From positions 1,966 to 65,965 of the forward strand of contig JAWCLV010000002.1 in assembly GCA_038850515.1 (NCBI GenBank): a stretch of DNA of 64,000 nt. Reading direction: 5' to 3'. Source of the stretch: Candidatus Bathyarchaeia archaeon. Its GTDB lineage: Archaea > Thermoproteota > CALKCG01 > B24 > JAGTQN01. Below are positions 1 to 8,224 of this stretch, one piece after another. Each line of letters begins with the position of its first letter. Within the stretch, counting starts at the first letter, position 1. The notes below the pieces were generated by a model. It was given only the letters and a program-made list of their open reading frames with translations, had not been told where the DNA came from and searched no databases. The position numbers and the translations under genes are program-made.

Positions 1-108
1 CGTATAGAAAATGCTCCCAATCATGACTGGGGGGTTCTGTCCGGGCTGTCCTCCAATTTTTACGCCGGCTATCTCGAAGATTCTTTGTTCCTTCTCGAAT
101 CTGAACAT
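1..108 (-). CDS. MtrH-family methyltransferase, N-terminal 36 codons only (gene runs off the window edge)
   Basis: Reverse-strand ATG at 108-106. The translation MFRFEKEQRIFEIAGVKIGGQPGQNPPVMIGSIFY resembles the conserved N-terminus of MtrH-like proteins (recalled from memory). Absent from the ORF track because it is truncated. Confidence 0.5.
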   Translation of the reverse strand, partial: MFRFEKEQRIFEIAGVKIGGQPGQNPPVMIGSIFYT

Positions 109-251
109 GGCTTAATCCTGTTATCTGAAGCGATTTAAGTCTTTAAAATTCTTAAGGCTAGCCTTAGGTTTTTTAGATTACAAAAATTCAAATAGCCACA
201 CTCCTAACTTTCTCTAGCCTTCGTCTTCGGCTTCGGAAAGAGGCGAATAAA

Positions 252-1337
252 TTGATATTCAGGAGAAGTTCTCTGCGAAAGTACTGGCCTACCCTGTATG
301 AGGTTACAAAGGCTTGCGCCTCCGCTATGAATATTCCCGCCATCCTAAACCTTGTCGTTAGGGAAGTTACGGAAGCCATGAACATAAAGGCTTCATCCAT
401 ACACCTTCTAGATCCTAAGGAAAAAAGCTTGGAGCTTGCAGCCGCCTACGGGCTCAGCGACGATTTTCTTAAAAAGGTCTCAATTTTTCTAGAGAAAAGC
501 CCATTTGATCAGGAAGCCTTACAAGGTAAGCCCATAACCCTTCGAGAAGCCTTCAAAGAACCTAGGATTCCTTACCGAGATGCCTTAGAGAAGGAGGGAA
601 TAGCATCGATGGTCATAGTCCCTCTAATGGTTAGGGATAAAGCCATAGGAATTTTGAAGGCCTATACTTCCGTTCCTAGGAACTTCAGCCCTGCCGAATT
701 GGAGTTTCTCATAGCCCTCGCCGACATCTCTGCAGCTACCATAGAGAACGCAAGGCTAAACCAGAGCCTTCAGAAGCGTTGCAACGATCTTAACACCCTT
801 CTCAACGTCGTAAAAGCCATAGCATCGAGCTTTGGAACACCCGATGTCCTGAATGTGATCGCTAAAAGTGCCGTCGAGGTTTTGGGGGTGAAGGCATGCT
901 CCATAAGGCTTTACGACGAAAAAACGGGGCTCCTTAACCTAGCAGCCGCCTACGGGCTCAGCGACGAATACTTGAAGAAAGGTCCAGTAACGATCGAGAA
1001 GAGTCTCATCGATAAAGAAGCCTTACAAGGTAAGCCCATAGCCATACCTGACTTTGCCAGCGATCCGAGAGTTCAGTATAGAGAAGAGGCGAGAAAGGAA
1101 GGAATAGCCTCCGTCCTCTGCGTTCCACTTCCCTTCAAGGATAAAATGATCGGCACGATAAGGGTATACACGAGCCTTCCCCATGAGTTCACTGAGGAAG
1201 AGCTTTCCCTCCTCACCATGTTCGCAGCCCATGCCGCCATAGTCATACAGAACACAAAGCTTTATCAGATGGTTCTAAGGAACTGGCAGAAGCTTGTGGA
1301 TGAGGTTTTAGAGAAATGGCCCATTCTAACGGGCTGA
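252..1337 (+). CDS. tandem GAF-domain protein with no recognisable output domain
   Basis: 361-aa ORF with two homologous halves (LELAAAYGLSDDFLKK...EALQGKPI / LNLAAAYGLSDEYLKK...EALQGKPI, each followed by GIASxxxVPL...IGxxxxYT), which is the GAF pattern. Confidence 0.7.
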   Translation: MIFRRSSLRKYWPTLYEVTKACASAMNIPAILNLVVREVTEAMNIKASSIHLLDPKEKSLELAAAYGLSDDFLKKVSIFLEKSPFDQEALQGKPITLREAFKEPRIPYRDALEKEGIASMVIVPLMVRDKAIGILKAYTSVPRNFSPAELEFLIALADISAATIENARLNQSLQKRCNDLNTLLNVVKAIASSFGTPDVLNVIAKSAVEVLGVKACSIRLYDEKTGLLNLAAAYGLSDEYLKKGPVTIEKSLIDKEALQGKPIAIPDFASDPRVQYREEARKEGIASVLCVPLPFKDKMIGTIRVYTSLPHEFTEEELSLLTMFAAHAAIVIQNTKLYQMVLRNWQKLVDEVLEKWPILTG

Positions 1338-1382
1338 AGGAAAACTCGAATCCTAAACGCACCTAGAGCCCGGTGAAAAAGC

Positions 1383-1925
1383 TTGGCAAAATCCCTCCTC
1401 AAGACGGATGAAAAAGAGGATTATGTCCTTAAGGTTGTAGAGGATGCGCTAAAGAGATATGGATCCAGAAGGGAAAACCTCATTGCCATCCTACAGGAAC
1501 TTCAGGGAAGTCTTGGATACCTTCCTATGAAAGGCATGAAAGCCGTAGCCGAGATGCTTCGAATCCCCCTATCCCAAGTCTACGGCGTCGCCACCTTCTT
1601 CCACCAGTTCAGATTGAACCAAAGGGGGAGGCACATGATTTTAATATGTATGGGAACGGCTTGCCACTTGAGGGGAGCGAACCAGAACTATGAGGCCCTA
1701 AGGAATTTCCTAAGGCTTAGGGATGATGAGGACACGACGGATGATGGAGAATTTACCCTCCTTAAGGTGCGTTGCATGGGAGCCTGTAGCCTAGCCCCCA
1801 TTATGAGGATAGATGATGCCATCTATGGAAGGGTAACCGTATCGGATATCATCAGAATCCTAAACGCCCTAAGAAGGGAAGGAAAGAAATCGGAGGATGT
1901 GGAAGGGAAAGAAGGTAAGGGATGA
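1383..1925 (+). CDS. NuoE/HoxE-like thioredoxin-fold [2Fe-2S] subunit of an NAD(P)H diaphorase
   Basis: 180-aa ORF with a TTG start. Cys pattern ICMGTAC...CMGAC is typical of the NuoE 24-kDa family. Lies directly upstream of the NuoF-like gene. Confidence 0.8.
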   Translation: MAKSLLKTDEKEDYVLKVVEDALKRYGSRRENLIAILQELQGSLGYLPMKGMKAVAEMLRIPLSQVYGVATFFHQFRLNQRGRHMILICMGTACHLRGANQNYEALRNFLRLRDDEDTTDDGEFTLLKVRCMGACSLAPIMRIDDAIYGRVTVSDIIRILNALRREGKKSEDVEGKEGKG

Positions 1926-1959
1926 AGAACAGGTGGGAGGGGAGTAAGCCTTCAACCTT

Positions 1960-3918
1960 ATGGATAAATGCTGCGATAAGTGTACTCACAGTATCGATAC
2001 GCCTTGTGCTGATTTCATCCTATGCCGAACTAGGGGCCCTATGCCTTGGTGCCATCAATCCGATCGATGCGCAGAGGAAAGGAGAAAGGCGATCGATCTT
2101 CTCCTTTATGGAGAAGGTAACAGGAAGATCTCACTGGGAATGGGAACATGCGGGCAAGCTTCGGGGGCACGAGAGGTCTATAAAGCGATAGTTGAGGAGG
2201 TTGCCAAACTTGGCTTAAGGTCAAGCATTATCCAAACGGGCTGTATGGGTATGTGCTATGCGGAACCCCTCCTTGAGCTTTCTGAAAAAGGCTATCCAAA
2301 CGCTTTGTACGCCAACATGAAGCCAGAATCCGTTCCAAAGATCCTAAGGGATTATTTTTTCGAAAGGGATGTATCAGGAGCCTTCGCCCTAAGGTTCAAA
2401 ACGGGTGTAACCAAGGGAGAGGAGGCTATCCCTCTTTTCGAAGAGCTTCCCTTCAACAAAGGAAGCATAAGGATCGTTACGAAGAAATGCGGTCTCGTCG
2501 ATCCAAGTTCTATAGAGAGCTACATCGCCTACGGAGGCTATCTGGGCTTAACGAAGGCGCTTCGTAAGATGTCGCCAGAGCAGGTTATCGAGGAAATGAA
2601 GGCTTCTGGGCTTAGGGGGAGAGGTGGAGCTGGCTTTCCGACGCATCTAAAGTGGATGATATGCAGACAAGCGATAGGGGATAAGAAATATATGGTCTGT
2701 AACGCGGATGAGGGGGATCCCGGAGCCTTCATGAATCGCATGCTTGCTGAGGGGGATCCCCATAGCATCCTAGAGGGTATGATCATAGCAGCCTATGCCA
2801 TAGGGGCTAGTGAGGGCTACATCTTCGTTAGAGCGGAGAAGCCCCTCATGGCTGAAAGGTTTAGAAAAGCCGTCGAGCAAGCCAAGAAATTCGGATTGCT
2901 TGGCAAGAACATTCTAAAGTCAGGCTTCAGCTTCGATGTTACGGTTATCCTAAGTGCAGGAGCCTTCGTTTGTGGTGAAGAGACAGCCATGATATCGACC
3001 ATCGAGGGTGGAAGGGCCATGCCTAGGGTTCGTCCTCCCTTTCCTGCTACCAAGGGACTTTTCGGGAAGCCAACAACGATAAACAACGTCGAAACCCTAG
3101 CCCACGTCGTCCGAATCATCCAAGATGGAGCCTCCGAATTCGCAAAGGTTGGATCTGAAAGGAGTAAAGGAACAAAAGTCTTCTGCCTTACTGGAAAAGT
3201 TGTGAGGACTGGAGCCGTAGAAGTTCCCTTGGGGACTCCGATTAGAAAGCTCATCTTTGAGATCGGGGGAGGGATTCAAGGAGGAAAAAGGTTTAAAGCC
3301 ATCCAGACAGGGGGACCCTCTGGCGGTTGCCTTTCTGAGAAGTTCCTCGATCTACCTTTGGATTATGAGACCCTCCAAAGTGCAGGTTCCATCATGGGAA
3401 GCGGAGGGCTCGTAGCTATGGATGAGGAAGCCTGTGCCGTCGATGTAGCAAGGTACTTTCTAACCTTCACAACGGCGGAATCTTGTGGCAAGTGCTCCCC
3501 ATGTCGAATCGGCCTTAGGCTTATGCTGGACATTTTGACCAGGATAACTTCAGGCGAAGGGAGGGAAGAGGATCTCGATAGGCTCGTAGAGTTAAGCAAT
3601 ACCATTCGGGATACGTCCCTATGCGCCCTTGGGCAGGGTGCCCCAAATCCCGTCCTCACAACCCTGAACTACTTCAGAGACGAGTATGAGGCCCATGTAA
3701 AGGAGAAGCGATGTCCAGCTGGCGTCTGTACAAAGCTATTAAACTTTTCCATAGATCAGGAAGCCTGTAAAGGTTGCGGGCTTTGCTACAGGTCCTGTCC
3801 TTCCTCAGCCATTCAACAAATTGGGGGGACTAGAAAGTACGCTATCGATGCTTCAAAATGCCTTCGATGCGGGCTATGCTTCACCCTATGCTCCTTCGGA
3901 GCCATCAGAAAGGGCTAG
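1960..3918 (+). CDS. NuoF/HoxF-like FMN- and NAD(P)H-binding subunit with C-terminal 2x[4Fe-4S] ferredoxin domain
   Basis: 652 aa. Contains the GLRGRGGAGFPT motif, ESCGKCSPCR (N3 cluster), and C-terminal CKGCGLCYRSCP and CLRCGLCFTLC. Also has an N-terminal Cys-rich extension and a thioredoxin-like segment. Confidence 0.9.
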   Translation: MDKCCDKCTHSIDTPCADFILCRTRGPMPWCHQSDRCAEERRKAIDLLLYGEGNRKISLGMGTCGQASGAREVYKAIVEEVAKLGLRSSIIQTGCMGMCYAEPLLELSEKGYPNALYANMKPESVPKILRDYFFERDVSGAFALRFKTGVTKGEEAIPLFEELPFNKGSIRIVTKKCGLVDPSSIESYIAYGGYLGLTKALRKMSPEQVIEEMKASGLRGRGGAGFPTHLKWMICRQAIGDKKYMVCNADEGDPGAFMNRMLAEGDPHSILEGMIIAAYAIGASEGYIFVRAEKPLMAERFRKAVEQAKKFGLLGKNILKSGFSFDVTVILSAGAFVCGEETAMISTIEGGRAMPRVRPPFPATKGLFGKPTTINNVETLAHVVRIIQDGASEFAKVGSERSKGTKVFCLTGKVVRTGAVEVPLGTPIRKLIFEIGGGIQGGKRFKAIQTGGPSGGCLSEKFLDLPLDYETLQSAGSIMGSGGLVAMDEEACAVDVARYFLTFTTAESCGKCSPCRIGLRLMLDILTRITSGEGREEDLDRLVELSNTIRDTSLCALGQGAPNPVLTTLNYFRDEYEAHVKEKRCPAGVCTKLLNFSIDQEACKGCGLCYRSCPSSAIQQIGGTRKYAIDASKCLRCGLCFTLCSFGAIRKG

Positions 3919-3938
3919 TCCTTATGGGAGGTTAAATA

Positions 3939-4619
3939 ATGGTAAAGGTTGTAATAGACGGCTCCCAGGTCGAAGTGGTAGAGGGCTCCACTATCCTTGA
4001 GGCTGCAGAAAAGGCTGGAGCCAAGGTTCCAACCCTTTGCTACTTGAAGGGAATATACTCTGGCGCCGTTTGCCGCATATGCTCCGTCGAGGTGAAAGGT
4101 CTTCCTAGGCTTGTTCCAGCCTGTGCCTATCCCGTAGCGGAGAACATGGTCGTTAGTACGGACTCCAGAAGGGTTAGGGAAGCCAGAAGGATGATCCTAG
4201 AGATGATTTTGGCAACCCATAAACAAGACTGCCAGAGCTGCTCCTTAAAGGGTGGGGATTGTAAGCTTCTGGAACTGGCTGCCGAATATTGGCTTCAAGG
4301 CTTTTCCGTCTGCAATGAATGTCGATTCGTAGGTAAGGACTGTCTTCTGGAGAAGGGAGAACTCTGCCTTGGGCCCATAACCCTCGGGGGCTGCAGAGCC
4401 ATCTGTACTGCATCCGGTTATACGTGCGAGGGTTGTAGGGGCCCCCTCCTCGACATAGAGTTTGGGCTTTCAACCCTTCGTAAGTATGGTATCGATTGGC
4501 GGGAGGTCCTTAGGAGGCTCGGGAAGTATTCTTTGACTTCCGAGAGATTCCGAAAGGCTAAGGAACGAATCGAGGCTGAAGCTAATCTTCCCAGGGAAAG
4601 GGTAACGATCGAAAGATAG
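3939..4619 (+). CDS. fusion: HoxU/[FeFe]-hydrogenase F-domain N-terminus (2Fe-2S plus His-ligated 4Fe-4S) joined to the C-terminal FeS-binding half of a group-3 [NiFe] small subunit
   Basis: 226 aa. The N-terminus (VVIDGSQVEV...LCYL...CRICSVEV...AC, then HKQDCQSCSLKGGDC) matches the NuoG/HoxU/CpI N-terminus. The C-terminus (CLLEKGELCLGPITLGGCRAICTASGYTCEGCRGP) matches the C-terminal motif of MvhG/HydD-type small subunits. Confidence 0.75.
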   Translation: MVKVVIDGSQVEVVEGSTILEAAEKAGAKVPTLCYLKGIYSGAVCRICSVEVKGLPRLVPACAYPVAENMVVSTDSRRVREARRMILEMILATHKQDCQSCSLKGGDCKLLELAAEYWLQGFSVCNECRFVGKDCLLEKGELCLGPITLGGCRAICTASGYTCEGCRGPLLDIEFGLSTLRKYGIDWREVLRRLGKYSLTSERFRKAKERIEAEANLPRERVTIER

Positions 4620-4685
4620 GCGAAGAGGGGAGGCGATAAGAACGAAAACAGAAGGGGAGAACAGGAGAAGTGGAGAAGGAAGAGG

Positions 4686-6074
4686 ATGGAAGAGAAAGGA
4701 AGAAGGGTATGGGATGGGCTGGAAAAGGGAAGGGAGGAGAATGCCTTGAAGGTTCTTGAAATTTCTCCTATGGAAAGGATTGTGGGTCATACGAGACTTT
4801 TTGTTGAACTTGACGACGGGATTGTCAAGGAAGCGCGCTTCGAGATTCCAGAGGATGCTAGGTTTTTCGAAGCCTTCCTCGTCGGAAGGCGTTATGAAGA
4901 GGTCCCTGAGATCACTTCGAGGATCTGCGGGACTTGCAATGTAAACCATAGGATTGCAGCCCTAAGGGCGATAGAAAAAGCCCTCGGCATCGAGAATTCG
5001 AGGCAGACGGAGATGCTTAGGGAATTGGCGATATGTGGATCGAACCTTCAGAGTACAGCCCTCCATTTCTTCTTCCTAGCCCTTCCTGATTACCTTGGCT
5101 TTCGGAATACCTTGGAAATGGCTTCGAAGTGTCCTGAAGAAATCGCTAGGGGATTCAGACTAAAAAGCCTTGGGAATCTTATCGTTGAAGCCATAGCCGG
5201 AAGGGCCATCCATACTATAGCCATGGTTGTGGGAGGATTCACCTCCTATCCGTCGAGGGGGAGGCTTATAGGACTCACGAAAGCCCTTAAAGAGGCTGAG
5301 GGGGACTTCTTAAAAGCCCTTGAATTGGCTACTAGCCTAGAGTTTCCAAGGGCAAAGGGCTTCAACCAGACGCATATGTGTATAAAGGGTGATGGCGATT
5401 ACGCCTATAATGGAGACTTCGTCCAAGTAAGCGATGGAAGGGTCTTTCGATCTGAAGAATACAGGAATTTCTTGGAAGAGTCTGTCGTTCCATACGCTTC
5501 GACTAAGAGGTATAAGGTAGGAGGCTCTTGTTTCTACGTAGGCTCTAGGGCAAGGTTTAACATAAACGGAAGCTTCCTAGGGGAAAGGGTAAAAAAAGCG
5601 ATAGGCTCCCTAAACCTGAACCTTAGGCCACGGTTAGACAGCCCCTTCGAAAACCTTCTTGCAAAGGCCATAGAACTTCTCCATTACTATGACAGGAGCC
5701 TTTCCATATTAGAAGAGCTTCTTGATAGGCGATATATCGATAATATGATCATCACGCCTACTAGAACTAAAGGCGAGGGTGTCGGATCGACGGAGGCTAC
5801 TAGGGGCCTCCTAATTCACGAGTATGAGATCGGCGAGGGCGGAAGGATCGATTATGCAAACATCATAACCCCCACCGCTATGAATTCGGGACATATAGAG
5901 GATAGCGTAAAGGTTCTAGTATCGCAGCTTTCGGGGGAAGGGAAGGCTCATGAGGACCTTAAGTTGGAGTTGGAGAAGCTCATCAGGACTTACGATCCCT
6001 GTATAAGCTGTGCAACCCATGCCATACAGGTAATTCTTTCAGAAGAAGGTAAAGAGGCGAATTCCCTTGGATGA
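4686..6074 (+). CDS. [NiFe]-hydrogenase large (catalytic) subunit, group-3-like
   Basis: N-terminal RICGTCNVNH (RxCGxCxxxH) and C-terminal DPCISCATHA (DPCxxCxxH) Ni-Fe ligand motifs. An alternative TTG start at 4746 sits behind GGGAGGAG and would give MKVLEISPMERIVGH. Confidence 0.9.
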   Translation: MEEKGRRVWDGLEKGREENALKVLEISPMERIVGHTRLFVELDDGIVKEARFEIPEDARFFEAFLVGRRYEEVPEITSRICGTCNVNHRIAALRAIEKALGIENSRQTEMLRELAICGSNLQSTALHFFFLALPDYLGFRNTLEMASKCPEEIARGFRLKSLGNLIVEAIAGRAIHTIAMVVGGFTSYPSRGRLIGLTKALKEAEGDFLKALELATSLEFPRAKGFNQTHMCIKGDGDYAYNGDFVQVSDGRVFRSEEYRNFLEESVVPYASTKRYKVGGSCFYVGSRARFNINGSFLGERVKKAIGSLNLNLRPRLDSPFENLLAKAIELLHYYDRSLSILEELLDRRYIDNMIITPTRTKGEGVGSTEATRGLLIHEYEIGEGGRIDYANIITPTAMNSGHIEDSVKVLVSQLSGEGKAHEDLKLELEKLIRTYDPCISCATHAIQVILSEEGKEANSLG

Positions 6075-7587
6075 GTCTCAAGAAATGGAAATGGAAAAGA
6101 AAAAAATTGCCTTTTTCCAGCTTGGGGATTGCGGAGGGGATGAGCTAGAGTTCCTAAACCTCGATGGAAGGGCGCTTGATCTCTTAAAAAGGGCTAAGCT
6201 CGTCCAATCAACCCTCCTTGGGTTAAAGGATGATGGTCCCTACGATATCGCCCTAGTTGAGGGAATTGTAGCCTCTGAAGAAGATCTAAAGAAAATTAAA
6301 GAGATAAGGGAGAAATCGAAGGTCCTCGTAGCCTTAGGTTCATGCGCCACCCTCGGTGGTCTTCCCGGACTGAAGCGGAATGCTAGCGATGAAGATATCC
6401 GAAGCATTTACGGAAACGTAAGGCTCAAGAATCCTCCTATCGATAACTTGGGTCCCTTGGACCTCTTCGTAAAGATTGACTATTACCTCCATGGCTGTCC
6501 CGTAGATAAGGAGGAACTCTTCAGCCTTCTAAAGGGAATCCTTGATGGCTTAGAGATAAGGCAGGGGGAAAAGCGCTTTCCCTTCCTTAAGGCTTCCCAG
6601 ATGGAGCTTCCTGGAAGCGTCATATCGCTTCTACAGGACAAATGCATCCTTTGCGGGCGATGTGTTGAGATATGCTCAAGGGTGGTTTCAGCCATAGGAA
6701 TGGTGAATAGGGGTTTTAATACGATGGTTTCGACTCCCTTCAAGCTAAACTTCGATGAATCCAGCTGCATATCCTGTGGCCTTTGTACGGTCTACTGTCC
6801 TGCTGCAGCCATAATAGCTAGGGACGATTCTAGGCATGTCGAGGAACTTCTAAAGTCCAAGTTGGAGAAGAAGGGAAAGGGGAAAGGAGGGGGGAGAGGA
6901 AGCGAAGAAAATGAAGGAAAGCTTTTGAAGGCCTTCGTTGAGGTTGAAGCCGCGGCAGCAATAGGGGAGGCTTTTGGGCTCGATGGAGTCCAAATGGGAA
7001 GGCTTGCTTCAGCCCTAAGGCTCCTAGGCTTCGATGATATAATCCTCGTTAGTTGGAAAGAAATGGTCCTGAGGCACGGAGCTTCTATTCAAAAAGAAGG
7101 GAGTCCAGCCATGCTAATTCCCTGCAGCGAGGCGGCTAAGAAGTTCGTCGAGATATCGTACCCCGAACTCTTAGGAATGATGACAGAAGTTCCGAAAATT
7201 AGAGTTGATGATCAAGGCGCCATCTGGATAGCTCCATGTACTTCAAAGAAGCTAGATGCTAGGATACCTATCGTAACGACAAGGGAAATTATCCGATTAA
7301 TCAGAAGCCGCATGGAGTTCAAGGAACTCGAGGAAGGAGGCTACAAAGTCCTTTCGGAAGGATTAGGAATTTCTGGAAGGGTCAGGATAGTCCAAGGAAT
7401 CCCTTCGATAAGGGAAGAGCTTGAGAAAATCCAAGGGGGAAGATATTCCATGGAAAGCTTAGCCCTTTTTGTTTGCCCTGAAGGCTGTGTGGGAGGTGGA
7501 GGTCAACCCCCCATAGACATCGACCGTTTGCCAGGAAGAAGATCCATCGCCTCAGAGCTTGAAGCCCTTTCTGTAAAGGCTCTTTAA
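6067..7587 (+). CDS. fusion: [NiFe] small-subunit N-terminal (NuoB-like) domain + 2x[4Fe-4S] ferredoxin + truncated [FeFe]-hydrogenase H-domain-like module
   Basis: 506 aa. FFQLGDCGGDE, LGSCATLGG and HGCPV (small-subunit proximal-cluster motifs). CILCGRCVEIC and CISCGLCTVYCP (ferredoxin). ALRLLGFDDI, LIPCSEAAKKFVEISYPELL, APCTSKKLDA, TTREIIRLI and FVCPEGCVGGGGQP (H-domain P1/P2/P3 positions). ATG codons at 6085 and 6091 are alternative starts. Confidence 0.85.
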   Translation: MDESQEMEMEKKKIAFFQLGDCGGDELEFLNLDGRALDLLKRAKLVQSTLLGLKDDGPYDIALVEGIVASEEDLKKIKEIREKSKVLVALGSCATLGGLPGLKRNASDEDIRSIYGNVRLKNPPIDNLGPLDLFVKIDYYLHGCPVDKEELFSLLKGILDGLEIRQGEKRFPFLKASQMELPGSVISLLQDKCILCGRCVEICSRVVSAIGMVNRGFNTMVSTPFKLNFDESSCISCGLCTVYCPAAAIIARDDSRHVEELLKSKLEKKGKGKGGGRGSEENEGKLLKAFVEVEAAAAIGEAFGLDGVQMGRLASALRLLGFDDIILVSWKEMVLRHGASIQKEGSPAMLIPCSEAAKKFVEISYPELLGMMTEVPKIRVDDQGAIWIAPCTSKKLDARIPIVTTREIIRLIRSRMEFKELEEGGYKVLSEGLGISGRVRIVQGIPSIREELEKIQGGRYSMESLALFVCPEGCVGGGGQPPIDIDRLPGRRSIASELEALSVKAL

Positions 7588-8093
7588 TCAGGAAGGTTTC
7601 CTATCGATAGCTCATCAAAGACCATCTTTATGAGACCTGGGATGGTCCTTCTGACCTTTTCGCTCAAGGAAGCATGAAATCCCTCCAAATTCTCAACCTC
7701 GGCGCCAAGGATAATGACTTCCTTAGGAAATTCCTCACCCATTATCTTCTTGCAAAGAAGGAGGAGATCGATGGAATGAAGGCTATGGACCGATAAAGGC
7801 GTTGGAAGCTTCGAAAGGGTCTCTAGTTCGTTAAGCCTAAACTTCAACAAAGATGCCTTCTGATCACCAGTCTTCAAGGCATCTATTACGATGACCTTCT
7901 CCGCTCCCTTAAGAATCGATGGTAGATTCGTTCTTAAGGGATCCGCATCGTAAACCTTAACATTCTTTGGAAGTTTGATCCTTCGAATTTGCTTCAGAAC
8001 CTCTGGCCCCAATCCATCGTCAGATGCCAAAGGATTTCCAAATCCCAGCACAACTATACGCTTCGCCTTCATTTCCTCTCCCTGCGGCCTCAT
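7584..8093 (-). CDS. hydrogenase maturation endopeptidase (HycI/HoxW/FrhD family)
   Basis: 169 aa. RIVVLGFGNPLASDDGLGPEV is the family signature. Convergent with the hydrogenase operon, overlapping it by 4 nt. Confidence 0.8.
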   Translation of the reverse strand: MRPQGEEMKAKRIVVLGFGNPLASDDGLGPEVLKQIRRIKLPKNVKVYDADPLRTNLPSILKGAEKVIVIDALKTGDQKASLLKFRLNELETLSKLPTPLSVHSLHSIDLLLLCKKIMGEEFPKEVIILGAEVENLEGFHASLSEKVRRTIPGLIKMVFDELSIGNLPD

Positions 8094-8224
8094 AAGCCGG
8101 CTTTCTTATAGAGCTTCCCGTTATCATATCGCTATAAGTCTTCAATTTTAAAGGAAAATCGAGAAAGTCTTAAGATGCAACGTAATAGCATCTTTCAATA
8201 AAAAAGAAATTGGAGGAAAGATTC

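Noticed and set aside
1922-2191. 89-aa ORF overlapping the start of the NuoF-like gene
   Set aside because: It lies in an alternative frame of a strongly supported CDS and has no recognisable motifs.
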